A stretch of DNA of 64,000 nucleotides, taken from assembly GCA_000505065.1 (NCBI GenBank), contig AWSN01000001.1, positions 339,647-403,646 of the forward strand, read 5' to 3'. The notes beneath the pieces were generated by a model. It had not been told where the DNA came from, searched no databases, and worked only from the letters and a program-made list of their open reading frames with translations. This document shows positions 49,157 through 59,435 of the stretch, one piece after another (position 1 is the stretch's first letter; each line of letters opens with the position of its first letter). The position numbers and the translations under genes are program-made. This DNA comes from Parcubacteria bacterium RAAC4_OD1_1. Lineage in GTDB: Bacteria > Patescibacteriota > Minisyncoccia > Phycocordibacterales > UBA9973.

Positions 49157-50434
49157 TTATAAATTAAAACTTAAAATCTTTTCAAGTTTTAATTTATCTT
49201 TTACGGGTCCAACAATAGCTAAATTTAAATTTTTATCTTTAAAAATTTCCTTGGCAACTTTTCTTATATCTTCACTTTTTACACTCTTTACTTCTTTTAT
49301 TTTTTCATCCATTGTTTTTATTTCCTTTTTTAAAAGTTCTTGCCCACCATAAAAATTAGCTACATCATCAGTAGATTCTAACGCCATCTTCATATTCCCT
49401 ATCAAAAAAGATTTTACTTTTTCTAATTCTTTTTCTCCTACAAGTTCAGTCGTCATTGTTTTGCATTCTTTTATTATTTCATTTAAAACTTCAAAAAGTT
49501 TTTCATTATTTAATCCTACATATATCTGGAAAGAACCATGATCAAGGGAAGGATTATTTGAAGCTCTCACATTGTAAGCTACCCCCATATCTTCACGAAG
49601 TTTATTAAAAAGTCTTGAACTCATCCCTGCTCCCAAAACAGCAGAAAGTATAGAAATATCTTTATTTTTCTTATTAAAAATATCAAAGGTTCGAACTCCT
49701 AATACAAGATGAGTTTGATCTATCTCTTTGTATTTTATAAACATCTCTGGCTTATTCTGATTTATTTTAGTTTTTGGTTTCTTTCCTTCTTTGCTAATTT
49801 TAATATTCTTAAAATATTTATCTATTTCTTTATAAACTTCCTTTTCATTTATATTTCCAGAAACAACAACAAGAGTATTTGAGGATACATAGTGTAATTT
49901 TTTATAATCTATAAAATCTTTTTGAGTCATTTTGTAAATATTTTCTTTCGTTCCTAGTGTGCTTCTTCCTGTTGGTTGATCTCCATACAAAACTTTCTCA
50001 AACAAATCCTGCACTTGAGCTTGTGGTATATCTTCATACATATTTATTTCTTCAATTATCACCCCTTTTTCTTTCTCTATTTCTTTTTCTGGAAAAGTAG
50101 AATTTAAATAAATATCAGAAATTATTTCAAAAATTTTCCCAATTTTTTTCGCATCCCCCTTCATATAATACCCAGTATATTCATTACTTGTGAATGCATT
50201 ATACTGGCACCCCAAAGCATCAAGCTCGTGAGATATTTCCTTACTTGTTGGTCTCTTTTCTGTTCCTTTAAAGCACATATGCTCTAAAAAGTGCGAGATC
50301 CCATTGATTTCTTTTGGTTCATAATCACTACCCGTACCTACAAGCACAAGCACAGTCACTGTAGGATTGTCCTTCATTGGTATCGTCATTACCCGAAGTC
50401 CATTTTTATATATTTTCTTTTTTGCTTTTAACAT
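49157..50434 (-). CDS. M16 family (pitrilysin-like) zinc peptidase
   Basis: HFLEH motif, NAFT, SSRLF..LRE..G.AY. Confidence 0.94.
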   Translation of the reverse strand: MLKAKKKIYKNGLRVMTIPMKDNPTVTVLVLVGTGSDYEPKEINGISHFLEHMCFKGTEKRPTSKEISHELDALGCQYNAFTSNEYTGYYMKGDAKKIGKIFEIISDIYLNSTFPEKEIEKEKGVIIEEINMYEDIPQAQVQDLFEKVLYGDQPTGRSTLGTKENIYKMTQKDFIDYKKLHYVSSNTLVVVSGNINEKEVYKEIDKYFKNIKISKEGKKPKTKINQNKPEMFIKYKEIDQTHLVLGVRTFDIFNKKNKDISILSAVLGAGMSSRLFNKLREDMGVAYNVRASNNPSLDHGSFQIYVGLNNEKLFEVLNEIIKECKTMTTELVGEKELEKVKSFLIGNMKMALESTDDVANFYGGQELLKKEIKTMDEKIKEVKSVKSEDIRKVAKEIFKDKNLNLAIVGPVKDKLKLEKILSFNL

Positions 50435-50465
50435 AATGGCATTTTAGCACAAAACTTGTATATTA

Positions 50466-50501
50466 AAAATCTCCCACATATCGGATATGTGGGAGATTTT
50501 T
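50466..50501. terminator. palindromic terminator after glyQS
   Basis: AAAAATCTCCCACATATC-G-GATATGTGGGAGATTTTT. Confidence 0.7.
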
Positions 50502-51796
50502 TAATTCAATCTTTCTTTTATATATTCTACAATTTTATCTTTATGAACCCTCTCTTGCTCTCCAGTATCACGGTCGCGGATGGTAAGGGTGTCATCTCCT
50601 AATGTATCAAAGTCCACAACGATACACCATGGAGTCCCTATTTCATCTTGCCTACGGTAACGCTTGCCGATGTTGCCATTGTCATCCCACATTACCCTTC
50701 CAAATTCAGCCTTAAGAATACCATAAATTTTTTCTGCATATTCCCTAAGTTCAGCTTTGTTTTTAAGAAGTGGAGATACAGCACAAATTACAGGTGCCAC
50801 GGATGGCTTAAAAGACAGATAAGGTCTAGGTTCTTCTCCTTTCAAATCCTCCCTATAAGATGAAGAAAGAAGTGCGAGTACCGTCCTGTCTACCCCAAAA
50901 GTTGGTTCTATCACATGAGGAATTAATTTTACATTTGATTCTTCATCTTGATAATTTATATTGTGTCTAGATAAATCAAAGTCCGTCCTATACGCAAGAC
51001 CATAAAGCTCTTTCCTGCCAAAAGGAAAATCAAACTCAAAATCAATCGTGCGCTTGGAGTAGTGAGCTAAATCATCCGTTGAAACTTCTAGCTCATAAAC
51101 CTTTTCCATATCAATACCTACTCCATCCATCCATTCAAGCATTTCATCTCTCCAATATTCAAAATATTTTTGCCAATCTTCTTCTTTTATAAAATATTCA
51201 ATTTCCATTTGCTCAAACTCACGCACACGGAAAATAAAATCACGAGGTGTAATTTCATTTCTAAACGCTTTACCGATTTGACCCATTCCAAAAGGAAGCT
51301 TTGGGTGAAATGAGTCTACAATATTTTTAAAATTTACAAACATCCCTTGAGCAGTCTCAGGCCTTAGATACACTGTCGCCGAAGAATCTTCTACTGCTCC
51401 AATCTGAGTTTGAAACATCATGTTAAATTGTTTTGCTTCTCCGACGAGACTTCCACACTCATCACATTTTCCTTTTTCTTTTAGTTGATCTTCTCTGAAA
51501 CGACGCTTACATTTAACACATTCTACAAGTGGATCTGAAAATGTATCTACATGCCCTGATGCTTTCCATACAGAAGAATTCATTATGATGGCCGCATCTA
51601 CCCCATACATATCATTCCTTCCATCGACAAACTTTTTCCACCAAGAATTTTTAATATTATTTTTGAGTGAGACACCTAGTGGCCCATAGTCATATGTCCC
51701 TGCAAGCCCGCCGTAAATATCACTCCCAGGATATATAAAACCCCTTCTTTTACATAGAGATATAATCTTTTCCATTAATTTTTCATCTTTTTCCAT
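50501..51796 (-). CDS. glyQS: glycine--tRNA ligase (homodimeric type)
   Basis: YDYGPLG, LRPETAQG, FRNEITPR..FR.REFEQME, IEP..G, YRRQDEIGTP. Confidence 0.96.
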   Translation of the reverse strand: MEKDEKLMEKIISLCKRRGFIYPGSDIYGGLAGTYDYGPLGVSLKNNIKNSWWKKFVDGRNDMYGVDAAIIMNSSVWKASGHVDTFSDPLVECVKCKRRFREDQLKEKGKCDECGSLVGEAKQFNMMFQTQIGAVEDSSATVYLRPETAQGMFVNFKNIVDSFHPKLPFGMGQIGKAFRNEITPRDFIFRVREFEQMEIEYFIKEEDWQKYFEYWRDEMLEWMDGVGIDMEKVYELEVSTDDLAHYSKRTIDFEFDFPFGRKELYGLAYRTDFDLSRHNINYQDEESNVKLIPHVIEPTFGVDRTVLALLSSSYREDLKGEEPRPYLSFKPSVAPVICAVSPLLKNKAELREYAEKIYGILKAEFGRVMWDDNGNIGKRYRRQDEIGTPWCIVVDFDTLGDDTLTIRDRDTGEQERVHKDKIVEYIKERLN

Positions 51797-51836
51797 AATT
51801 TATTATATTATATTATTTGTGGATATAAGTCATCTT

Positions 51837-53744
51837 TTATTTTACAACCTTTTCATTTCCATATTGAAAATTAGGATCATTCTGTAAAAAAGTCGTAGAT
51901 GCTTGTTTTTCACTATTTACTTCTACTTCTGCAAAAGAATCAAATCCAGATAAGTAAATTCCTTTCATTATTGTGGGAACAGATCCTACCTGAGAAATAG
52001 AAGGTCTAAATGATATAATAAAAGAAACTTCTTTACTTGTGTCAAATCCGGTATTAGGTCTTACAGATCCCGCATTCCAAATTATTTCTCTAGTAGAATT
52101 GTTATAAGATACTGAGTCATTAGTACCTGAAGCCATTCCCACAAAATCTACATATTCTGGAAGCTCTGTTTTAGCCTGTGCATTATTAATAAAATTTGAA
52201 GTATTAGAAAGTGTCCAAGTTACAATGTATCTAGTCTCATTTTCAGCCTTAGGAGGTAAAGGACCTGAAAGATATTTTACAGAATTTGCAATTTGAAAAT
52301 CTGAAATTATTTTTATAGATTTTTTAACAAAATTATTTACTTCATCAAAAGACGTCCCTGTGGTAGGCTGTTTGCCTTTTATACTTACTTCAATGTTTAT
52401 CTGTGGATCTTTTATGCTTGTATTACCAATAAGTAAAGATGCGGGTTTGATATTGAAGTCGACAGTTCCACTTTCACCAGGCTCTATATCAGAAAGACTA
52501 GAAATAGTGTTCTTGCTCCAAATTATTTTATTATTTAAAGAATCAAAATATCCATTATATGGATTTACATTATTTTTATCAAAAACATTTCCAGAAAGTG
52601 TTGCTACAATCTCTGCATCTATTATCCTTGAAGGTAAATTATTCGCCCATACAAGAGATACATTTATGTTTCCATTTGAATAAGCAGAGGGTTCAAATTT
52701 TTCTTCCCCATTTACTAAAATTTTTGTTTCAAGAAATGGTTTTGTGATTGAAACTTTATGAAGAAAAGAATTATAAACCATCTCCACAATAGCGGGATTA
52801 TTCCTTCCTGTTGCTCCAGCATACACTCTAAAAGATTGCTCATCTCCCTCATTACCCACCATCATCCCTTTTATCTCAATTGAAAATGGTTTTGTTAAAG
52901 AGAGTTCTGATAAATTCCAAACAGAATTTCCAATAGTAGGAGAAGGAACAGCGTTTTCAAAGACGAAATTACTTGGGTAATATACCTGTACAATATTATT
53001 TCCTTCTGGTAATGTGGTATTTAAGCTAGTATTTATTTTTATAGAAAAATCCTGTTCATTTGTAACATCACTAGGAGCCGTAAGGGTAAGAGATAGTGGT
53101 GCCGAAGAAATAGTGACCGGATGCTCAATGGTCTTTGTTATGATAGCATTTGAACCCTCTGAGTGGTATTCTAGGCTCACTTTTACATTTCTCGTAGATT
53201 TTTCCTCTCCATATAAAGTCACATTTACATTTCTTATAACACTTTCGCCAGATTTAATCGTCCCAATAACATCTCTAGGAAGTCTCACTATATCAGTATT
53301 TTCATCACTAGCACCCTTAGGATATTCAATCAAAAGATTTGCAAATTCTAATTTGGCGCTATTTTTGTTTGTAATCTCTACTTGTAATTGCAACTCTTCT
53401 CCCCCTTTTGCAAAAGCATTACCAAGGACAAGTATATCAATCTTTTCACTGGAAACAGAAGAATCTCCATTATAAAATTTATAAACAGAAAATCCAACAG
53501 CAAACAAGAAAAACACAAGAGCTCCAATAAAAAACTTTTTTGAAAATGATGATTTTGGTTTTTCTATTTTATTTTGTCTTTTCATATTTTCTAATTCTTC
53601 TTTAGAATAATCATCTCTCCAACTATAAGGCACTTCATGCCCTACTCGATGAAGAACCCTATCTTTATGTCTTTCTGATATTGTATCTTCTTTATCATAC
53701 AATCTGCGTCTTAAGTCTTCTATTTTAGAATCTTTTTCATTCAT
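51837..53744 (-). CDS. membrane-anchored multi-Ig-like hypothetical protein
   Basis: Single TM then beta-rich DUF11-like repeats; SGPLPPK...T.Y.V.W. Confidence 0.7.
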   Translation of the reverse strand: MNEKDSKIEDLRRRLYDKEDTISERHKDRVLHRVGHEVPYSWRDDYSKEELENMKRQNKIEKPKSSFSKKFFIGALVFFLFAVGFSVYKFYNGDSSVSSEKIDILVLGNAFAKGGEELQLQVEITNKNSAKLEFANLLIEYPKGASDENTDIVRLPRDVIGTIKSGESVIRNVNVTLYGEEKSTRNVKVSLEYHSEGSNAIITKTIEHPVTISSAPLSLTLTAPSDVTNEQDFSIKINTSLNTTLPEGNNIVQVYYPSNFVFENAVPSPTIGNSVWNLSELSLTKPFSIEIKGMMVGNEGDEQSFRVYAGATGRNNPAIVEMVYNSFLHKVSITKPFLETKILVNGEEKFEPSAYSNGNINVSLVWANNLPSRIIDAEIVATLSGNVFDKNNVNPYNGYFDSLNNKIIWSKNTISSLSDIEPGESGTVDFNIKPASLLIGNTSIKDPQINIEVSIKGKQPTTGTSFDEVNNFVKKSIKIISDFQIANSVKYLSGPLPPKAENETRYIVTWTLSNTSNFINNAQAKTELPEYVDFVGMASGTNDSVSYNNSTREIIWNAGSVRPNTGFDTSKEVSFIISFRPSISQVGSVPTIMKGIYLSGFDSFAEVEVNSEKQASTTFLQNDPNFQYGNEKVVK

Positions 53745-53772
53745 AAATTTATTATATCACAAATTTCGTTAA

Positions 53773-54360
53773 TTAAAGTTGGCTTTCGTTTAAAGCCTTG
53801 TTGATATATCCAATGATTGATCTTTTATCTTTAAGTAATGATTCTGTCTTCTTTATATTAATATCTCCATCCAAATAATCTCTTAAGGTGCTCGACTCTC
53901 CAATGTAACCAAGTGAGTCCATAATTCTAAGCACTAAATGTATCTCCAAGGCTTCTCTAGAAGATTTTGATACATCTTCATCATCTAATATATAAAGACA
54001 ATTTATAAGATCATCAAATATTTTTATATTAGCTTCTTCTCCCACACAAAGTCTCTCAAGAAGAGAGCTTACTTTTGCAATAAAAAATATAGAATCTTTA
54101 TTTGCCCGAGCGATAGGAAAGGTCGATATATTTCCTGCTGTAGTTATCCTCCAAATATCCTTACCTCTAACAAAGTCTATTTTTGCATACGAAAAATCTT
54201 GAAGTGAAAAACGAAGTTTTGATCTATGAAGTCTCACTCCTTGGACCATCGCCCGCACAAGCCCAAGCTCCCGAGTATAAACTGAAAGCATTTTATTCGC
54301 CTCCCCTTTATTTTTAGAGCTTAAAACAAATCCGTGAGTATGATAAATATGGTGATGCAT
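53773..54360 (-). CDS. recO: DNA repair protein RecO
   Basis: GFVL....GEANK....YTRELGL.RA..QGVR...SKL. Confidence 0.88.
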   Translation of the reverse strand: MHHHIYHTHGFVLSSKNKGEANKMLSVYTRELGLVRAMVQGVRLHRSKLRFSLQDFSYAKIDFVRGKDIWRITTAGNISTFPIARANKDSIFFIAKVSSLLERLCVGEEANIKIFDDLINCLYILDDEDVSKSSREALEIHLVLRIMDSLGYIGESSTLRDYLDGDINIKKTESLLKDKRSIIGYINKALNESQL

Positions 54361-54363
54361 AAA

Positions 54364-54398
54364 TAGTTTCTAGTGTTTAGTAATTAGTTTTTAGGTTT
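54364..54398. repeat. 7-bp TAG-periodic tandem repeat
   Basis: TAGTTTC TAGTGTT TAGTAAT TAGTTTT TAGGTTT. Confidence 0.55.
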
Positions 54399-54407
54399 AT
54401 AAATAAT

Positions 54408-55613
54408 TTATGGGATAAAAATTTCTTTTTCTATATATTCATTTGATTTTTGTTTTATAAAATCACGTAAATCATTTTTAATATCATCTTTATAATCATA
54501 AACAAAATTATCTAATTTATTAATTTTTAATTCTTTTGCTTTTTTAAGCATTTCTAAATATCTTTTACCTTTATCAGTTTGTAGATAATTATATACTGCT
54601 TCATTTTTATAAAATAAATCACAAATTTCTTCATAAGACAGAGTGTCCCATTTTTCATCTATCTCTTTTGATATAAATTCAACATATTTTCTAAATTCTT
54701 TCGATTCTTCACTTATTTCTTTTAAAATAATATTCCCTCTTTTTTCCTTCGGTAAATATTTTTTAAGAAAATCTTCAGTTTTTATAAATCCTTTTGAAGT
54801 ATAAAAATCTGGTATGCCTGTCTTTATAAATTTATTCATTCTTTCTTTATTTAATTTCCCGTTCTCATCTATAAATTGGCCCCAAAATCCTTCATTACCA
54901 GAAACTTGTTCTTTTCTTCCAGAAACAATAAAACCAATTCTTTTCCCAATAGGAGAATCTACAAGCCAAGAATTTGCAGTTATTGCTTTTACTTGTGGAT
55001 ATTCATCAACTATTTTAGAAGCTAAAATAGATAATGAATCTCCTGAAAATATACTTTTTAAATTAGAATCTTTTTCTTTTTGTTTGTACAATTCCTCAAA
55101 ATGAATTTCCAAACAATCATCCATATCAGATATACCAAATTTTTCTAATTCTTCATATCCTTTTACATTAAAATGAATCAACCCAGCACTAGGTCCTGAT
55201 TTTTCTGGTAATTTATTTATCTCGGGACCAATTTTATTTAAATTTTCCAAAGATATTTCTTTTATATTATATTTCCATTGTTTTTTATCTTTTAAATAAG
55301 AATCATTAATCTGACGAGATATTACTCCTGTAGTATACCCAATAATTTGATCAATTTTATCTTTTTTCATCTTTTCAAAATTAGGAATTCTTTTTAGACA
55401 TTCATCATAAATTACCCTTTTTAAATAAGAAAAATCCATAACCAAATCTCCAATATCTTTATCTTTTTCAATTTTTTGTTTAAATTCCCCAGAATATAAT
55501 TTCTCCACATATTGAAGTTGGTAATCAAAAACTTCTTCTCGGACACTCTCAAAACGTCTAGAATTATCAATATTAGAAATATCTTCCTTTTTAGGTATAT
55601 TTATTTTCTCCAT
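54408..55613 (-). CDS. hypothetical protein
   Basis: 401-aa ORF with SWL and FWGQF motifs. Function unknown. Confidence 0.7.
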   Translation of the reverse strand: MEKINIPKKEDISNIDNSRRFESVREEVFDYQLQYVEKLYSGEFKQKIEKDKDIGDLVMDFSYLKRVIYDECLKRIPNFEKMKKDKIDQIIGYTTGVISRQINDSYLKDKKQWKYNIKEISLENLNKIGPEINKLPEKSGPSAGLIHFNVKGYEELEKFGISDMDDCLEIHFEELYKQKEKDSNLKSIFSGDSLSILASKIVDEYPQVKAITANSWLVDSPIGKRIGFIVSGRKEQVSGNEGFWGQFIDENGKLNKERMNKFIKTGIPDFYTSKGFIKTEDFLKKYLPKEKRGNIILKEISEESKEFRKYVEFISKEIDEKWDTLSYEEICDLFYKNEAVYNYLQTDKGKRYLEMLKKAKELKINKLDNFVYDYKDDIKNDLRDFIKQKSNEYIEKEIFIP

Positions 55614-55660
55614 ATTTGTATTTTATCACAAATAAAATTAACTTGTAATCATACAGCCTA

Positions 55661-55701
55661 ACACACAAAATCGGAAGGTCTTGCCTTCCGATTTTGTGTG
55701 T
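55661..55701. terminator. family C-like palindrome, probable terminator after ileS
   Basis: ACACACAAAATCGGAAGG-TCTTG-CCTTCCGATTTTGTGTGT. Confidence 0.7.
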
Positions 55702-55704
55702 TTC

Positions 55705-58700
55705 TTATATTTTTATATCAATTTTTAATAGTATGTCTCCAATTTTTATTTCTTCTCCTTCATTTTCTTTTATAGAAACTTTGGCGCTTACAGCCTTTTC
55801 AAATTCTTTTTCAAATCTATTTATTATTTTCTGCCCTTCTACCCCTGTCTCTATCTCTAGATTTACCACATCATTTGGATTAAGTCCCATTTTCTTTCTC
55901 ATATCTTGGACCGCCCGTACCAACTCACGATAATTCCCCTCTTGTTTAAGTTCTGGGGTGATTTCTGTATCAAGCTGAATTGGTAAACTCATATCTATAG
56001 TAATAGTCTTAATTACTGAAGCAGAAATTTCATTCATAGAATGACCAAAATATATCTTTTTAACATTTACTTCTTCTTTAATAAGTTCTATAAATTGAAT
56101 ATCAGATTCATTTAATATTTTTGAATCATTTATTATCATTGAATTAAGTACTTGTCTTACGGGTCTTTGGTTTTTTTGTCTAGACTCCAAACCTAAAGAA
56201 ACCAATCTTCGAGTTTCCTCCATTTTTTGATTTAAATCATCTTTTAATTCTTGAATCTCTGGCCAGTTTGCAAGATGTACACTCTCTTCATCCATATCAT
56301 TTCTTAATTTCTGCCATATATCCTCACTCGCAAATGGAGCAAATGGGGCCATTAGTTTTGCTAAATTTTTTAAAACAAAATATAAAGTCTGCCTCGCCTC
56401 GCCATAGCCTTGTGCGGAGGCAGGTTGACTTGCTTCATCTTTTATTCTTTCTCTACTTCTCCTTAAATACCAAGTCGAAAGATCATCTATAAAATCTCTT
56501 ATAGATCTCACTGGCTCTAGGAGTTTATAATTTTCTAATCCTTCTGTTATATTTTTTGCAAGCTCAGCAAATCTTACCAAAATCCATTGATCAAGAACAT
56601 TAGCCTCCTCAAGGCCTTGCCTTGGACCCCCTAAAGGCAAGGCCTTTTCCCGGCTCTCTAATTCTTTATCTCTATAAAGCTCATAAAAAGCTAAAACATT
56701 GTAAAGTAAATTGAAAACTTTATTATGAAGTTCAGAGACAGTTTTTTCATCAAAGTTTTTTGATTCTCCTGGTTGATTCACCGAATACATCCACATACGG
56801 AGAGTGTCTGCACCATATTTATGTATCATCTCCCATGGGTCAACAATATTCCCAAGTGATTTACTCATCTTCTTTCCATTTGCATCTAATATATGACCAA
56901 GACAAATCACATTCTTATACGCTTTTCCTCGCCCCATTAAAACCCCCACAGCATGAAGTGTATAGAACCACCCACGAGTCTGATCTATTGCCTCTGAAAT
57001 AAAATCAGCTGGGTAATTTATCTCTCCATCAAACGGATAGTGATCTTGCGAGAATGGCATTGTGCCAGAGTCTAGCCAGACATCCATAACTTCTTTTGAT
57101 CTTTCTAATTTACCACTACATTCACATTGCAATTCTACTTCATCAATATAAGGCCTATGTAAATCAAGCTCATAGTTCTCATCATGAGGAATAGGATAAA
57201 AGGGTACTTCTCTCCATTCTGCATTCTTCAAATAATTATAATCCTTTATCATTTTTAAAGACTCTTCTCCATTAAGCCCCATAGATCCAGCGACAGCAAG
57301 CCAAGACGGCCCACCGTGAGTTACTATCAAAATATTTTTCCCAGAATATTTATCTTCCATTTCATAAAGGAAACTCATAATCCTTCTTTTCATATCATTG
57401 TATGATTCATTGCCATCTTCCCCATGATAAAATGTCTCCACTGTATTTGGGTAATCTTTATGATATTCTGTCCAAGTTCTACCTTCATACATAGGAAGAG
57501 ACATTTCGTGAAGCCTATCATCTACTATTACTTTTTCATCCTCTAATCCAATTACATCTTGCACAATCTCAGATGTTTCTCTTGCTCTAACAAAAGGAGA
57601 AGTAAAAATAAAATCAATATTTTTATCTTTCAAATTTTCTGCATTTTCTTTTACTTGATTCTTTCCATTTTCTGTTAAATGGTCTTCATTATTATATGAA
57701 GTGCTCACAAGATCAGTCAGATTATTGTCCGCCTCTCCGTGACGCATCACAAAATATTTATTCCCAGATTTCTTGGTTTTATTTTTTAAATCTTCTAGAC
57801 TTCTTATGACTTCAATTTTATTACACTTCTCGCATTTCCAGACCGGAAGTGGAGTACCCCAATAACGCTCCCGAGAAATTGCCCAATCTTTAATATCAGA
57901 AAGCCACTCACCAAATCGCCCTTCTTTTATATATGAAGGTTCCCAATTTATTCCTTTATTTTCTTCTACAAGCTTATCACGGAGGGCTGACATTTTGATA
58001 TACCAAGAATCTCGAGCATAGTATATGAGCGCAGTTTTACAACGCCAACAATGTGGGTATGAGTGCTCATATTTTTCTTTTTTAAATAATAATCCTCGAT
58101 GTGCCAAATCTTTGATTATTTCTACGGCAGTTTCTTCATCCCCGCCTGCAGTAGCTATGCTATCAGCATTGCGGGCAGGACGCACAAATCGCCCTTCAAG
58201 GAACCCAGTTCCCGGAAGGAATTTGCCATCAAGCCCTACAAGGTGATGCTTTGGAAGCCCAATCTCATTACCAAGCACAAAGTCATCTTGCCCATACATC
58301 ACTGCAGTGTGTACTACCCCTGTACCATCCTCTGTAGTCACAAAATCCGCAGGATAAACTTTAAAAGCTTTCTCAAGTTTATTTTTTTCACTATCAGAAA
58401 TAGTATCTTTTAAAAATGGATAAAGTGGTTCATATTCTAAACCAACTAAATCTGAGCCTTTAAATTCTTCTAGAATTTCATATTCACCTTCTATTGTGGA
58501 CAAGCGAGCCTTTGCAAGAATATAAATTTCATTTTCTTTTTTTATTTTTACATAATCAATATCCTTCCCCACAGCAAGTGCCACATTCCCTGGTAATGTC
58601 CAAGGTGTTGTCGTCCAAGCCAAAATATAAGTATTTTCTTGTCCTTTTATTTTAAACTTCGCATATACAGATAAATCTTTTACATCTTGGTACCCTTGAG

Positions 58701-59277
58701 CAAGCTCATGAGAAGAAAGCGTAGTTCCACATCTTGGACACCAAGGCACAACTTTATAATCTTTAAACAAAAGTCCTTGATCATTTACATTTTTTATAAT
58801 ATTCCAAACAGATTCTATGTAATCATTATGATAAGTCACATAAGCATTCTTCTGATCCACCCAGTATCCGATACGGTCTGTAAATTTCTCCCAGATGTCA
58901 GTATACTCCCAAACGGATTCTTTACATTCATGATTAAATTTTGAAATTCCATATTCTTCAATTGCCTTTTTGGAAGTAAGTCCTAATTTTTTCTCTACTT
59001 GAAGTTCTACTGGTAATCCATGAGTATCCCAGCCACCTTTCCTGCGGACATGGTAGCCTTTCATTGTTTTATATCTTGGTATTGCATCCTTGAAAGCTCT
59101 CGCCTCTAGGTGGTGTATCCCCGGCTTTCCATTGGCAGTCGGAGGGCCTTCATAGAAAACATACTCCCCTTTTGGCGCATCCTTCTCTAAACTTTTTTGA
59201 AATATATTATTTTCTTTCCAAAATTCTAAAATTTTTTCTTCATTCTGTGCCCTTTGTGATTTTATTTCTTCGTTCAT
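55705..59277 (-). CDS. ileS: isoleucine--tRNA ligase, type 2, with inserted histidine-phosphatase domain and three in-frame repeat inserts
   Basis: EGPPTANG.PGIHH, GWDTHGLP, WTTTPWTL, DWAISRERYWG, DQTRGWF, KMSKS; inserted MRHGEA...VTHGG. Confidence 0.96.
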   Translation of the reverse strand: MNEEIKSQRAQNEEKILEFWKENNIFQKSLEKDAPKGEYVFYEGPPTANGKPGIHHLEARAFKDAIPRYKTMKGYHVRRKGGWDTHGLPVELQVEKKLGLTSKKAIEEYGISKFNHECKESVWEYTDIWEKFTDRIGYWVDQKNAYVTYHNDYIESVWNIIKNVNDQGLLFKDYKVVPWCPRCGTTLSSHELAQGYQDVKDLSVYAKFKIKGQENTYILAWTTTPWTLPGNVALAVGKDIDYVKIKKENEIYILAKARLSTIEGEYEILEEFKGSDLVGLEYEPLYPFLKDTISDSEKNKLEKAFKVYPADFVTTEDGTGVVHTAVMYGQDDFVLGNEIGLPKHHLVGLDGKFLPGTGFLEGRFVRPARNADSIATAGGDEETAVEIIKDLAHRGLLFKKEKYEHSYPHCWRCKTALIYYARDSWYIKMSALRDKLVEENKGINWEPSYIKEGRFGEWLSDIKDWAISRERYWGTPLPVWKCEKCNKIEVIRSLEDLKNKTKKSGNKYFVMRHGEADNNLTDLVSTSYNNEDHLTENGKNQVKENAENLKDKNIDFIFTSPFVRARETSEIVQDVIGLEDEKVIVDDRLHEMSLPMYEGRTWTEYHKDYPNTVETFYHGEDGNESYNDMKRRIMSFLYEMEDKYSGKNILIVTHGGPSWLAVAGSMGLNGEESLKMIKDYNYLKNAEWREVPFYPIPHDENYELDLHRPYIDEVELQCECSGKLERSKEVMDVWLDSGTMPFSQDHYPFDGEINYPADFISEAIDQTRGWFYTLHAVGVLMGRGKAYKNVICLGHILDANGKKMSKSLGNIVDPWEMIHKYGADTLRMWMYSVNQPGESKNFDEKTVSELHNKVFNLLYNVLAFYELYRDKELESREKALPLGGPRQGLEEANVLDQWILVRFAELAKNITEGLENYKLLEPVRSIRDFIDDLSTWYLRRSRERIKDEASQPASAQGYGEARQTLYFVLKNLAKLMAPFAPFASEDIWQKLRNDMDEESVHLANWPEIQELKDDLNQKMEETRRLVSLGLESRQKNQRPVRQVLNSMIINDSKILNESDIQFIELIKEEVNVKKIYFGHSMNEISASVIKTITIDMSLPIQLDTEITPELKQEGNYRELVRAVQDMRKKMGLNPNDVVNLEIETGVEGQKIINRFEKEFEKAVSAKVSIKENEGEEIKIGDILLKIDIKI
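56389..56424. repeat. family E insert in-frame in ileS
   Basis: CTGCCTCGCCTCGCCATAGCCTTGTGCGGAGGCAGG, encoding PASAQGYGEARQ. Confidence 0.7.
56611..56646. repeat. family C doublet in-frame in ileS
   Basis: AAGGCCTTGCCTT-N10-AAGGCAAGGCCTT, encoding KALPLGGPRQGL. Confidence 0.8.
58141..58179. repeat. family E insert in-frame in ileS
   Basis: CCCGCCTGCAGTAGCTATGCTATCAGCATTGCGGGCAGG, encoding PARNADSIATAGG. Confidence 0.75.
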
Positions 59278-59333
59278 ATATTTTCTATTAAATTAATAAT
59301 TTAATAAATTAAAATTTTAATAAGTCTTTTTAA

Positions 59334-59425
59334 CGAAGCAAATTATTTTATGAAAAAATGTCTGGCACCGGTTCCCGTCCCCCTTGTCCGAGGACTTTTT
59401 TCAGAATATAATTTGCGAAGTTTTT
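59334..59425 (+). repeat. dispersed repeat, family B
   Basis: Matches 45615-45700; outer IR GCAAATTAT/ATAATTTGC. Confidence 0.75.
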
Positions 59426-59435
59426 ATTTTTTAAA

